Source: an uncultured delta proteobacterium
GTDB taxonomy: Bacteria > Myxococcota_A > Polyangia > Polyangiales > JAFGIB01
Length of the DNA: 64,000 nt
Assembly: GCA_963778655.1 (NCBI GenBank)
Contig: CAVZVA010000012.1
Location: forward strand, 128,001-192,000
Direction of reading: 5' to 3'
Below the pieces are notes generated by a model, which saw only the letters and a list, made by a program, of their open reading frames with translations, searched no databases and had not been told where the DNA came from. A program made the position numbers and the translations under genes. This document shows, in pieces, positions 20,447 through 30,315 of the stretch. Within the stretch, counting starts at the first letter, position 1. Each line of letters starts with the position of its first letter.

Positions 20447-22101
20447 TGCCCACCCGGCGTGTCCGAGACCGGCGCCTCACTCTGGCCGCTGCGCCGGACC
20501 CACAGCGCGGTCAGCGCGAAGAACGCGGCCGCGAGCGCGTAGCCGACCGCCCACGGCCAGCCGCTGGCCCAGCCGATCGTGTACACGCCGCCCTCGGGGC
20601 TGAGCCTGCCGGCGTGGATGAAGCCGAAGAACGACAGCACCGCGCCCAACAGCATGAAGCGCGTCGCCGCGCCGAAGCGGCGGTCGATCAGGCACGCGCT
20701 GGCGCCGGACCAGACCAGAGAGGTGAGCATGAAGCCTTGCGAGAGTGCGACCATGCCCGGCAGGCGCAGGCCGGCGCTCTGGAACGCTGCCGGCTTGTCC
20801 AGCACCTGCGCGGCCAGCGCGAAGTTGCCGGTGGCGAAGCCAGCCGCGCCCAAGGTTTGGGTCAGCACCAACACGCCCCAGGCGGCGATCGCCGGAAACA
20901 GGCCGAGCGCAACCGCGGGCGCGTGCCGGACAGGAGTTGCCGAGAACGCCTGCGCCGTGATCACGATGCCGATCCACAGCACGATCGCCATCCCGGCTTC
21001 GATCGGCATCAACGCGCTGATCGCGTGCGAGAGTCCGAGCAGCGCGACCACGGTGAAGAACACGCCGTTGAGGATCGAGTAGCCCGCGCGCGCGCCGAGC
21101 GCCTTCCAGCCCGGGTGCCCGATGTAGATGGTGGTCGGAAAGCACGAGCCCAGGCAGGCCGCCACCAGCGAGCCCAGCCCGTTGACCGCCAGGCAGGGCG
21201 CGGTCGGGTAGCGGTCGCCCGCAGCCTCGGCCGACTCCAGGTTCTGCAGCGAGCCGAGCACGTTGAACAGGCCCATCGGCAAAATCACCGGCACCAGGAA
21301 TTTCAGCGTCAGCGGGTGGCGCAGGCCTGCGAGCAGATCGGAGAGCACCGGCAGCGGCGGATAGAAGCCGACATGGGCGAACGCGGGCGCGAGCGCGCTT
21401 GCGCGCACCGGCGAGCGCAGCGCGGGCCACAGTGTGAGCGTCCAGGCCGCCAGCGTGCCCAGCCCCACCGCCCAGGCGCCGCCGGGGATGCGCAGCGGCA
21501 GGCGCACTCCCGAGAAGTAGGTGGTCAGGATCACCGCCAGCGGCAGCAGGGCCAGCAGCGGCATCTCGAAGGTGCGCACGGCGAAGTCGATCGCGATGAA
21601 GCTGATGGCGATGCCGCTGAGCGTGGCCAGCAGCGCCGCGCGCGGCGTGGAGCGGCGCACGAAGTCGGCCACAGGCGCGCCCATCAGCTCGATCGCGCCC
21701 GACAGCAGGCAGGCCGCCAGGCCCACACGCCAGGCCGTGAGCGCGGCCTGCGCGTGCGTGGCGCCGGCAGCCTCCGCGCTGAGCTTGGCGGGCAGCATGA
21801 CCAGGAACACGAAGGCGAACAGCGAGACGGTGTTGATGCCGTAGGGCAGGGCGGTCACGTCGGTGCGCGCGCTCGCCGCCGAGAGGCGCTGCGCCTGACG
21901 CGCGTAGTACAGATTGCCCACCAGCACCGAGAGCGCGGCCGCGGGCAGCACCGACCGCAGCAGCAGCTCGATCGGGAAGCCGAGCACCGAGCCGCACAGG
22001 CTCAGGATCAGCAGGAACTGGATCAGATTGTCGATCGCGAGGCCGAAGAAGCCGTCGACGTCGCCGGCCACGAACAGGGGTTGCGCCGTCCCGCGGATCA
22101 C
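20443..22101 (-). CDS. NCS2/AzgA-like nucleobase (xanthine/uracil/purine) permease
   Basis: GDVDGFFGLAIDNL, TALPYGINT, FPTTIYIGHPGWK; about 13 TMs. Confidence 0.8.
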   Translation of the reverse strand: MIRGTAQPLFVAGDVDGFFGLAIDNLIQFLLILSLCGSVLGFPIELLLRSVLPAAALSVLVGNLYYARQAQRLSAASARTDVTALPYGINTVSLFAFVFLVMLPAKLSAEAAGATHAQAALTAWRVGLAACLLSGAIELMGAPVADFVRRSTPRAALLATLSGIAISFIAIDFAVRTFEMPLLALLPLAVILTTYFSGVRLPLRIPGGAWAVGLGTLAAWTLTLWPALRSPVRASALAPAFAHVGFYPPLPVLSDLLAGLRHPLTLKFLVPVILPMGLFNVLGSLQNLESAEAAGDRYPTAPCLAVNGLGSLVAACLGSCFPTTIYIGHPGWKALGARAGYSILNGVFFTVVALLGLSHAISALMPIEAGMAIVLWIGIVITAQAFSATPVRHAPAVALGLFPAIAAWGVLVLTQTLGAAGFATGNFALAAQVLDKPAAFQSAGLRLPGMVALSQGFMLTSLVWSGASACLIDRRFGAATRFMLLGAVLSFFGFIHAGRLSPEGGVYTIGWASGWPWAVGYALAAAFFALTALWVRRSGQSEAPVSDTPGGH

Positions 22102-22247
22102 GGGGCCGCAGTGTAGTCGAGCCGGCCTGGCTTTCCACGCTCGGCGCCGCTTGCGGCGCGGCACGCGCGCCGTGCTACACCATCGCCCGGGATCCTGGGA
22201 CGCCCGCTCGTACCGCCCGAGCGCTGGTGCCCCTGCGTTGGCCCACG

Positions 22248-23549
22248 ATGTCTTCTGAGCTCGAACCCAAGCCGCAGCGCCCGCACGGACTGGCCTTTCT
22301 GGTGATCTCCGTGCTGCTGCATGTCGCGGCGTATTTCGGCTTCACCCTGGCTGCGGTGGCGAAGGCGCCGATCCAGATCGAGCTGCCCTCGGAGATCGAG
22401 TTCGGCATGGTCGACACCGATCCCGGCCAGCAGGGCTCGCCGCCGCCGGCGGCGCCCAAGACTGAGGTCACGCACCCGCCGCCCACGCCGCCCAAGCCCA
22501 CGCCCGCGCCCAAGCCTGTGAGCGACGACATCGTGGTGACCGACGCCGGCGTGCCCAAGGACGCCGGGGTGCCGACCGACGCCGCGGCCGCCGACGCCGG
22601 CAGCCCCGCGCTGGCCGGCGGCGAGGGCGAAGGGCAGGGCGCGGCCGGCGCCGGGCTCGGCTTCGGCGCAGGCGGTTTTGGCGGCGGCAAGGGCGGGCCT
22701 GTGGGGGCCATCATCGGCTTGCACGCCGACCTCGAGCAGATGCGCAAGAGCTCGATGCTGCTGGAGATGCAAGCCGTGCTGCAGCTGATTCCGGAGTGGC
22801 AGAAGGCGCTGCACGGCTCTGGGCTCAGGTTCTCGGATCTGTCGCGCATCTTCGTGGCCACGCCCAACCTCAAGCGCTCGGACCTGGTGGTGTCGGCGCG
22901 GGTCAAGGGCGGCCGCGCGGTGGTGCAGCGTGCGGCGCAGCACCTGGCCGAGGCGCAGGGCAAGAGTGCGCAGTTGACGCAGCAGGGCGGCCTCGAGGTC
23001 GCGCCCTGGTACAACCACGGCCCCACCCAGCGCGAGGTCGCGCTGGTCGCGCCCGATCAGTTCGTGGTCGCGCGCCCGCGCGACGTGCCGCGCGTGCTGG
23101 GCGTGTCGGCGGGGCTGGCCCGCCGCCAGGCCAAGCAGCCTGAGATGGAGCACGCGCAGGGCCCGGCGGCGCTGCTGGCGATGTACCAGGGCGAGGCGGC
23201 CGCGCTCTCGGTGGAGGGGGTGCGCAAGCTGGTGGTGGGCGACACCAGCTACGTGCCGCTGGCGTTGCGCATCTCGCTCTGGCACCTGGACGAGTTCCAC
23301 GTACGCCTGCGTGCCTACGGCTACTACGAATCGGGCGAGCGCGCGCAGACCGCGCTCGCCCGCGTCGACGAGCTGCGCCACGCACTGGCCGACAACGCCC
23401 AGGTGCAGTACTTCGGCCTGCGCAGCGCGATCGACGAGGCCAAGCTCGAGCGCAAGAACGACACGCTGCAGTTAGAGACCATCCTCACCTTGCACCAGAC
23501 CCGCTATCTGATGGCCTTCGTCAGCAAGGCGTTGAAGCCACGGGATTGA
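22248..23549 (+). CDS. Hypothetical membrane-anchored protein with Pro-rich (TonB-like) linker
   Basis: N-terminal TM with SxxxH (ISVLLH), Pro/Gly-rich linker, C-terminal globular region; codon usage fits real genes. Confidence 0.65.
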   Translation: MSSELEPKPQRPHGLAFLVISVLLHVAAYFGFTLAAVAKAPIQIELPSEIEFGMVDTDPGQQGSPPPAAPKTEVTHPPPTPPKPTPAPKPVSDDIVVTDAGVPKDAGVPTDAAAADAGSPALAGGEGEGQGAAGAGLGFGAGGFGGGKGGPVGAIIGLHADLEQMRKSSMLLEMQAVLQLIPEWQKALHGSGLRFSDLSRIFVATPNLKRSDLVVSARVKGGRAVVQRAAQHLAEAQGKSAQLTQQGGLEVAPWYNHGPTQREVALVAPDQFVVARPRDVPRVLGVSAGLARRQAKQPEMEHAQGPAALLAMYQGEAAALSVEGVRKLVVGDTSYVPLALRISLWHLDEFHVRLRAYGYYESGERAQTALARVDELRHALADNAQVQYFGLRSAIDEAKLERKNDTLQLETILTLHQTRYLMAFVSKALKPRD

Positions 23550-23596
23550 AGGGCCGCCCGGCGGCGACGCGCACCACCGCCGGCGTCGTTGGCGGC

Positions 23597-25159
23597 TCAA
23601 CCCACTCTGGCCTTGCGGCGGTCGCTGAGGTTGTCGACTTGGTTGCGAGAGAGGCCGCTGGAGGGGGAGATGGTGACCGAGGCGCTCTTGTCGGAGCTGA
23701 CCTCGCGGGCGCTCACGTTGAGCACGCCGTCGGCGTCGATGAGGAAGGTGACCTCCACGTTGACGTTGCCTGCCGAGCGCCGCGGCAGGTCGGCGAGCCT
23801 GAAGCGGCCCAGGAAGGTGTTGTGGTCGACCAGCTCCTGCTCGCCCTGGTAGACCATGATCTCGACGAACTCCTGGTCGTCGCGGGTGGTCGCGAACAGC
23901 TTCTTTTCGCTGGTCGGGATCGTGGTGTTCTTGGGGATCAGCGGCGACATGCGGCCGTCCTTGACCCGCAGCCCGAGCGAGTGCGGCGTGACATCGAGCA
24001 GAACCGCGTCGTCCACCTGACCGCTCATGATCCCGCACTGGATGGCTGCGCCAATCGCCACGATCTCGTCCGGGTTCACGTCCTTGGCCGCGATCTTGCC
24101 GAAGATCTCCTCGACCTTGCGCTGCACCGCCGGCATGCGCGTCATACCTCCCACCAGCAACACCTGGTCGAGATCGGTGGCCTTGAGCCCGGCGTCCTGC
24201 AGCGCGCGCTGGCAGGGCGCGGTGAGCTTGTCGATCAGACGCTTGGTCAGGCGCTCGAGCAGGCTGCGCTCGATCACGTCGTGGCGCATATGCAGCGGGC
24301 CGGCCGGACCGGTGCAGACGAAGGGCAGATTGATGCTGGTGGTCGGCGTGCTCGACAGCTCCTTCTTGGCGCACTCCGCCGCCTCGCGCGTCCGTTGCAG
24401 CGCGACCGGGTCTTCCGCCAGGTCGATCTTGTTCTCGCGCTTGAACTCCGCCAGCAGGTGCTCGAGCAGCGCGCGGTCGAAATCGTCGCCGCCCAGAAAG
24501 GTGTCGCCATGGGTCGCCAGCACCTCGAACACCATGCCCGTGGTGCGCATGATGGTGATGTCGAAGGTCCCGCCGCCCAGATCGAAGATGGCAAGCGTCT
24601 GGTCCTTGCCCTTGTCGATCCCGTAGCCGAGCGCGGCCGCGGTGGGCTCGTTCAGGATGTTGCGCGCGCGCAGGCCGGCGATCTCGGCCGCGTCCTTGGT
24701 TGCCTGGCGCTGGGCGTCGTTGAAGTACGCCGGCACCGTGATCACCGCGTCGCTGACCTCCTCGCCCAGATAGGCCTCGGCGCAGGTCTTGATCTCCTGC
24801 AGCAGCACCGCGGACAGCTCCTGCGGGCTGTACTCGCGGTCGCGCGTGCGCACCCAGGCGTCGCCGTTCTGCGCGGCGCACAGCTCGAACGGCGCAAGCT
24901 CCTCCCAGGTGCGCATCTCGCGGCTCTCCAGCTTGCGTCCGATCAGTCGCTTGATACCGAAGATGGTGCGGTGCGGATTGGTGACCGCCTGGCGCTGGGC
25001 CGCAACGCCGACGATCTCGTTGCCGTGGTCCGCGAACGCCACCACCGAGGGCATAGTGCGCTGCCCATGCCGCGAGGGGATCACCCGCGCGACGCCGTCC
25101 TGCAGCAGCGCCACGCAGCAGTTGGTCGTCCCGAGATCGATGCCGATCAGCTTGCCCAT
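23597..25159 (-). CDS. Hsp70/DnaK paralogue, 520 aa, lacking the C-terminal helical lid
   Basis: IGIDLGTTN, TVPAYFNDAQRQATKDA, NEPTAAAL, DLGGGTFD, LVGGMTRMP, VLLDVTPHSLG linker, EVTFLIDADG; ends about 15 aa after SSGLS. Confidence 0.9.
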   Translation of the reverse strand: MGKLIGIDLGTTNCCVALLQDGVARVIPSRHGQRTMPSVVAFADHGNEIVGVAAQRQAVTNPHRTIFGIKRLIGRKLESREMRTWEELAPFELCAAQNGDAWVRTRDREYSPQELSAVLLQEIKTCAEAYLGEEVSDAVITVPAYFNDAQRQATKDAAEIAGLRARNILNEPTAAALGYGIDKGKDQTLAIFDLGGGTFDITIMRTTGMVFEVLATHGDTFLGGDDFDRALLEHLLAEFKRENKIDLAEDPVALQRTREAAECAKKELSSTPTTSINLPFVCTGPAGPLHMRHDVIERSLLERLTKRLIDKLTAPCQRALQDAGLKATDLDQVLLVGGMTRMPAVQRKVEEIFGKIAAKDVNPDEIVAIGAAIQCGIMSGQVDDAVLLDVTPHSLGLRVKDGRMSPLIPKNTTIPTSEKKLFATTRDDQEFVEIMVYQGEQELVDHNTFLGRFRLADLPRRSAGNVNVEVTFLIDADGVLNVSAREVSSDKSASVTISPSSGLSRNQVDNLSDRRKARVG

Positions 25160-25161
25160 GC

Positions 25162-26046
25162 CTACTCGTCCTTGGGGGCGAGCGCCTTGCCGCCGGCGCC
25201 GCGCACGCCCGCGGGCCGGCGCGAGATGGGGGTGGCCGCCGGGCGTCCCGAGCGGGGGCTGGCCGGCAGAGGCGACGCCAGCGGCTGCGGCCGCCGCGAG
25301 GCGACCGGCGCCAGTGAGCGCGCTTCGGAGCGCGGCGCGATCGGCACGGAGGTGGGTTGCGAGCGCGGCCCGGCCTGCAGCTTGGTCAGCGCACGCTTGT
25401 GGGCGATGAAGATCTCGGTGGCGAGCGCCGAGATCTGCGGGCTGTCGAGCCGGGCGTACACGTGCGGGTGGACGCGCTTGGACGCGAGCAGGAAGGCGTG
25501 GCGGGCCGCTTCCGGCCCGGCGTCGGGCGCGATGCCCAGGATCGCGCACGGCGTCTTTTCGCGCAGCGCCGCCAGCTCGCGCTCGAGCTGCTTGAGCGTG
25601 CGCGCGCGCTCCGCCGCCAGCGCCTTGGTGGCCGGGTCGGGCGGCGCGGCGGGCGCCTTGCTCTTGGTCCTGGTGCCGCTCGCGGGCGCTGCCGCCGCCG
25701 CGCTCGCACGTTCGTGACGCAGCAGCGCGTCGAGCGTCAGCCCGATGAAGGCGCGGTGGTCGTCGCCGAGGTCGATGAACAGCACGCCGAAGCCCGCGCG
25801 CCTGTGCTCGGCCGCGGCCCGCTCAAAGGAGACCACCTGCACCACCTGGCCACGCACCACCAGCTCGCCGATCGGGGAACGCAGCGTGATCTCCAGCTCG
25901 CGGTCGACCTCCATCGGGACCGGGCTCGGCACGAACACGCCGGCCAGGCTGAGGTCGCGCGGCCGCAGCTCGGCTACGCATCCGTCAATCGTGCATTCCA
26001 GCTTGGTACCCCGGGTCACGCCCCGTCCGCGAGGAAAGGTGGTCAC
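25162..26046 (-). CDS. PilZ-like domain plus J-like domain protein
   Basis: DLSLAGVF and GFGVLF (PilZ-like); PCAILGIAPDA...FLLASKRVHPH (J-like); GTG 26046 overlaps the OmpA stop. Confidence 0.7.
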   Translation of the reverse strand: MTTFPRGRGVTRGTKLECTIDGCVAELRPRDLSLAGVFVPSPVPMEVDRELEITLRSPIGELVVRGQVVQVVSFERAAAEHRRAGFGVLFIDLGDDHRAFIGLTLDALLRHERASAAAAAPASGTRTKSKAPAAPPDPATKALAAERARTLKQLERELAALREKTPCAILGIAPDAGPEAARHAFLLASKRVHPHVYARLDSPQISALATEIFIAHKRALTKLQAGPRSQPTSVPIAPRSEARSLAPVASRRPQPLASPLPASPRSGRPAATPISRRPAGVRGAGGKALAPKDE

Positions 26047-28343
26047 TCGCTCGCCGAGCAGCCTTCTTCCGAGTGTACCCCTGCGCTCGGCGCGGGGTCG
26101 AGCAGGTGCAGCTCCACGCGGTCGTTCTTTCTTCGTCCCCACGGGACGTTGTCCGGTGCGATAGGTCTGCTCTGGCCACACCCGTAGGCCTTGATGCGCT
26201 CGGGTGCGACTCCAGCTGTCGCTAGCTGCTTGCGCAACGCGGCGGCGCGGCGCGCGCTCAGCGCGAGGCTCGCCTTCGCATCGTCGCCGCCCGCGACGTG
26301 GTCCTCGAGCGCCACTTTCATCGTGGGGTTGGCGCGCAGCGTCGCGGCCAGCTCCACCACGTAGCTGCGGCTGTGCTCGCTGACCTCGTCGCTGCCCTCT
26401 TCGAAGCGGATCGGTTTGAGCAGCTCGATGCGGCCGCCCGCGAGGTCGACGCGGTGGCTCTCGGGGCACCCCTTGTCGGCGGCCCGACCGGGTGCGAGCG
26501 GGCAAGCATCCTTGGCGTTGGCGCTGCCGTCGCCATCGGCGTCGGCCTGCGGTTGGCTCGCGAGCAACGCGGCCACTTGCGCGGTGGTGGCGCTCGCGGC
26601 CAGCGCGGGTGCCGGTGCGGGCGCCGGTGCCGCAGTCGGTTTGGGCGCGGCCGGCCCGGGCAGCGGCTGGCTGAGCGCGGCCGGCGCACGCGTGGCAGCC
26701 GCCGGCGGCGGGCTCTCGACCGGGTTGCAACCCAGGCTCGAGCGCAAGCCGGCGGCCGGCAGCGGCGAGACCACGTACAGCTCGATGCGCTCGTTGCGCT
26801 GGTGCTGGCTGCTGCGCTCGGGCACCAGCGGTCGATTGCTGCCGCAGCCCACGGCCTCGACGCGCGCCGAGTCCACGCCTCGCGCCAGCAGCCAGGCGCG
26901 CAGTGCCGCCGCGCGCGCAACGCTGACCGCCATCGTCTTGCGCGCGTCGGCGCCGCGGGCCATGTGCGCCTCGACCCGCACGTGCAGCTCCGGGTTGGCG
27001 CGCAGCGCCGCGAGCAGCTCGCCCAACACCTCGTCGTCGCCGAGCACGGGCTTGTCCGCGCTCCCGGTGAAACGCGGCAGCCGCTGCAGCGCGATCTCGC
27101 CCGAGTGCTCGTCGTAGTCGAGGAAGCGCGGGCAGCCGCTGCGGTCGGGCGGCCCGGGCAGCCGCGGACAGCGATCCTCGGCATCGAGCGTGCCGTCGTG
27201 ATCGCGATCCTGGAGCACCAGCGTGGGCACGCTTTGGGGCGGGGCCGCCGGGCTCGCCGCGGCATGCGGGGCTGCGGCCTCGGGCGGCTGGGGCTCGACC
27301 GGTTGCGCTTCGGGCTCGGGCCGCGCCTGCGGCTCGGCCTGCTCCGGGGCGCCTGAAGGCCCGCGGCTCGCGTACCCGACCATGGCGACCACGCGCGCCT
27401 GCGGCGAGCCGTAGCCGCGCAGGATGCCGAGACCCGCGCCCAGTCCCACGGTGAACCCCGAGAGCGGGCCGAGCTTGAGCCCGAGCAGCGCTTCCAGCGG
27501 TGAGCTCTGGCGATTGCCGACGTCGTCGAGCGGCGAGCCGCCGTGCAGCTCGCCGATCGCGCGCAGCAGGTCGGGGACGAACGGCCAGCAAACTCCGGCG
27601 CCGAACGTGAGCACGTCGGTGAAGCGCGTGCCGGCGAAGCGCGCGTCCTTGCGCCAGCGCGCGCCCACGTCGAACAGCAGCGAAAGCGGCCCGGCCTCGA
27701 TCTCGCTCGTCACTTCGGGCTGCGCGGTCACGCCGTTGTCGCCCGCCACGCCCGGGCGTCCGTGCGATCCGCGCTCGGCCGTGGGCGCCGTCAGCGTGAG
27801 CTGGAACGCCACCTGCGCCTGCTTGCCGCGATAGAAGCGTAGCCGACCGCCCAGCTGCAGGTCGCCGGCGCCGAAGCCGGTCGCGGTCGGTTGCGTGCCC
27901 AGCGTCTGGCCGCTCATCACCAGGTTCACGGGCAAGCCCGCGTAGAGCAGCGCGATCTCGTAGAGGCCGAGCGAGACCAGCGCGTGCGCGGTGAGCTGAT
28001 CGCTCACCAGCTCGACGCTCTGGCTGCTGCTGCGACCGGCGACGTTCTCGAAGACCAGCGGATCGGAAGCGTAGTCGAGCTGCAGCTCGGCGCTGTAACC
28101 GAGGTGCGGGCCGACCTCGGCTCCGCTCGACGCAAAGCCGTCTTCGGGTCGCGGCGCGGGCCGGTACTGATCGAGCGTGGAGGAAGGCGCCGCATGCACG
28201 CGCGAAGCCCACGCGCAGCCGAGCGCCAGCGCCAGCGCCAGCGTTCGTCCTGCCCGCGCGTCGCGGCACGCCAGCGCCCCCGTCGCGCCACCGCGCCCGC
28301 TCGGCCGGCCCGCGCGAGCAGGCTCTGGTTCCGGTCTCGACAC
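26043..28343 (-). CDS. OmpA-family outer membrane protein: beta-barrel, TSP3-like repeats and two OmpA-like peptidoglycan-binding domains
   Basis: Signal peptide; DRDHDGTLDAEDRCP and DADGDGSANAKDACP; two domains ending GCG.NRP/GCG.SRP ... RNERIE/KNDRVE. Confidence 0.8.
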   Translation of the reverse strand: MSRPEPEPARAGRPSGRGGATGALACRDARAGRTLALALALGCAWASRVHAAPSSTLDQYRPAPRPEDGFASSGAEVGPHLGYSAELQLDYASDPLVFENVAGRSSSQSVELVSDQLTAHALVSLGLYEIALLYAGLPVNLVMSGQTLGTQPTATGFGAGDLQLGGRLRFYRGKQAQVAFQLTLTAPTAERGSHGRPGVAGDNGVTAQPEVTSEIEAGPLSLLFDVGARWRKDARFAGTRFTDVLTFGAGVCWPFVPDLLRAIGELHGGSPLDDVGNRQSSPLEALLGLKLGPLSGFTVGLGAGLGILRGYGSPQARVVAMVGYASRGPSGAPEQAEPQARPEPEAQPVEPQPPEAAAPHAAASPAAPPQSVPTLVLQDRDHDGTLDAEDRCPRLPGPPDRSGCPRFLDYDEHSGEIALQRLPRFTGSADKPVLGDDEVLGELLAALRANPELHVRVEAHMARGADARKTMAVSVARAAALRAWLLARGVDSARVEAVGCGSNRPLVPERSSQHQRNERIELYVVSPLPAAGLRSSLGCNPVESPPPAAATRAPAALSQPLPGPAAPKPTAAPAPAPAPALAASATTAQVAALLASQPQADADGDGSANAKDACPLAPGRAADKGCPESHRVDLAGGRIELLKPIRFEEGSDEVSEHSRSYVVELAATLRANPTMKVALEDHVAGGDDAKASLALSARRAAALRKQLATAGVAPERIKAYGCGQSRPIAPDNVPWGRRKNDRVELHLLDPAPSAGVHSEEGCSASE

Positions 28344-28458
28344 GCGCCTGCCATGATAGCCCAGCGAGAAAACGCGGGAGAAATTGGCCGAGCCCGTACG
28401 GCCAAAGCAGGCCGTGCGCGCAGCGGCACGACGTGCACAGGCGTGGGAGCGCGCGCGG

Positions 28459-29400
28459 ATGGTCGGGGACGAGGCTACATGTGCGTCCCGGACGCGTTCG
28501 CCCTATGCTGGGAGCTCCGTGCGGCGTGCCCTTCTCTCAGCCGGCTTGCTCTCGGCGTTGTTGCTGTGCAGCGTCCCCGGCGCGGCATTCGAGTCGCTGC
28601 TGCCCCGCTTGCCCCGCGGCGGCCGGCTGAGCGCGCTGATCGGCGACACCCAAGCGCGGGCGGTGGTGCGGGACGGGCCGTTGCTCGGCGAAGGGGTCGA
28701 GCGCACCGAGCTGCTGGGCGACGGCACGCTGCGGGTGACCCGCAGCCGCACCTATACGCAAGCGCGGCGGCCGGACTCGGGCAGGCTGGTGGCGTTGCCG
28801 GAGCCGTGGCGCATCCGCTCGACCTTGCTGCTCTCGCCTTCGCTGCGCTTGCTGCGCGCCGACACCACGCTCGAGCTGCACCGCTCAGCCGACCGCGCGC
28901 TGCGCTACCCGCTCAGCGAGAAGCTGTCGGAGCTGTTCGAGCAGGACCGCGTCTCGCTGCGCGCGGCCGCGCGCGGCGCCAGCCTGGTGCGCACGCTGTA
29001 CCTGCGCGGCCGCCGCACCGACCGCTCGAGCTACGCCTATCCGCGTGACGCGATTCCACTCGACATCATTTCGCTCGTGCTTGCGATCGCGGTGCGCAAT
29101 CGCGTCGAGCGCTTCGATTACCAGCTGCTGCTGCCCGACGGTTCGAGCCACGGCGTGCGCGCGCGGGTGTACAGGACGCGCGACCCGACTCCATTTGCGC
29201 GCGACTACCGGCTGCCCGTGGGCAGCCTGCGGCTGGGCGCCGAGCTGGCGATCGTCGACATGTCGCTGGCGTCGCCGATCAAGCACCTATTCTATCCACA
29301 CCACTTCTACTTCGTGTACGCGAGCGACGACCCTGCCAAGCTGCTCGCGCTGTGGGGCGGCGATCCCGACGAGCCGCTGTATGCGTTTCGCCGGCCCTGA
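28459..29400 (+). CDS. Hypothetical exported protein
   Basis: Long ORF with a hydrophobic signal-like segment (RRALLSAGLLSALLLC); start uncertain (28384/28459/28519). Confidence 0.55.
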   Translation: MVGDEATCASRTRSPYAGSSVRRALLSAGLLSALLLCSVPGAAFESLLPRLPRGGRLSALIGDTQARAVVRDGPLLGEGVERTELLGDGTLRVTRSRTYTQARRPDSGRLVALPEPWRIRSTLLLSPSLRLLRADTTLELHRSADRALRYPLSEKLSELFEQDRVSLRAAARGASLVRTLYLRGRRTDRSSYAYPRDAIPLDIISLVLAIAVRNRVERFDYQLLLPDGSSHGVRARVYRTRDPTPFARDYRLPVGSLRLGAELAIVDMSLASPIKHLFYPHHFYFVYASDDPAKLLALWGGDPDEPLYAFRRP

Positions 29401-29441
29401 CGGGCGCGCGGAAGGCCTCATTGCGGCTCGCGGACGGTGCG

Positions 29442-30218
29442 CTACGCGCTGCGCTTGCCCTTGGAGCCGTTGCCGCTGCTCTTGGCGCTGTCGCGGCGTG
29501 GCGGCGAGAACGGCTGCCGCGCCGCTGCCAGCGGCACCACGTCCTGGAGCCCGGCCGCGCGCAAGGTGGAACGCATGATCGCGCGCGAGCTGCGGGCCAG
29601 TGAATCGACCACCATCTGGCGGTCCTCGGCGTAGCGCCCGTCCAGCAGCGCCTCGGCGGCGGCGAAGTACAACCCCAGCATCTGCTCGCTCCAGAAAGCT
29701 ACCAGCTGCTGGTGCTCGGGACGGAAGCCCACGGCCTGCGCGTTGCGCCACATGTCCTGAGTGATGTCTTCGCGCACGCGCTTGGCAGCCTGGCGCATGT
29801 AGCCGCCGAGCAGCGAGGGATCGCGGCGGTAGCGCAGGAACAGGTGCGCGAAGGCCGGATCGGACAAGAATGCGTCCAGGATGTCCGCGTACATCGCGCG
29901 GCTGATCTCGAAGTTGGCGATGTCCTTGACGTGTTGCAGGCGATCGAAGGCGCGCTTGCGCACCCCCCTGATCTTGGCGCGGATCTCGTCGATCACCTGG
30001 GAGATCGCGGTACGCACCAGATCGTCGACGTTCTTGAAGTGCGCGTAGAAGCCGGGCTGCGCGATGCCGGCGGCGCGCGCGATGCGGCTGGTGGTGAGCG
30101 CGGGCAGGCCCTCCTGGCGCAGCAGCTCGATGGTGACCTGTATCAAGCGCGCTCGCGTCTCGCCCTGCTTGCCGCGGCGGCCCGGCTCGCGCGTCGATGG
30201 GGGTAGATCGGAGCTCAT
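29442..30218 (-). CDS. TetR/AcrR family transcriptional regulator
   Basis: TRARLIQVTIELLRQEG...TTSRIARAAGIAQPGFYAHFKNVDDL HTH. Confidence 0.88.
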   Translation of the reverse strand: MSSDLPPSTREPGRRGKQGETRARLIQVTIELLRQEGLPALTTSRIARAAGIAQPGFYAHFKNVDDLVRTAISQVIDEIRAKIRGVRKRAFDRLQHVKDIANFEISRAMYADILDAFLSDPAFAHLFLRYRRDPSLLGGYMRQAAKRVREDITQDMWRNAQAVGFRPEHQQLVAFWSEQMLGLYFAAAEALLDGRYAEDRQMVVDSLARSSRAIMRSTLRAAGLQDVVPLAAARQPFSPPRRDSAKSSGNGSKGKRSA

Positions 30219-30300
30219 CGCGAAAGCTGCGCAAGGCTCGACACCGGAGCCTGCTACTTGTCTGTGCCTTGCGGCTCGTGTTGTGGCTCGCGAAAAGAAC

Positions 30301-30315
30301 GCCCAAATCGTGCCA
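30301..30315 (-). promoter_or_regulatory. Candidate sigma54 (-24/-12) promoter for the TetR gene
   Basis: Minus strand TGGCACGATTTGGGC: GG-N10-GC spacing with a perfect TGGCACG, about 80 nt upstream of the ATG. Confidence 0.45.

Noticed and set aside
25162..28269. 1035-aa ORF call
   Set aside because: Only the last 294 aa (from GTG 26046) look real; the rest is an off-frame read of the OmpA gene
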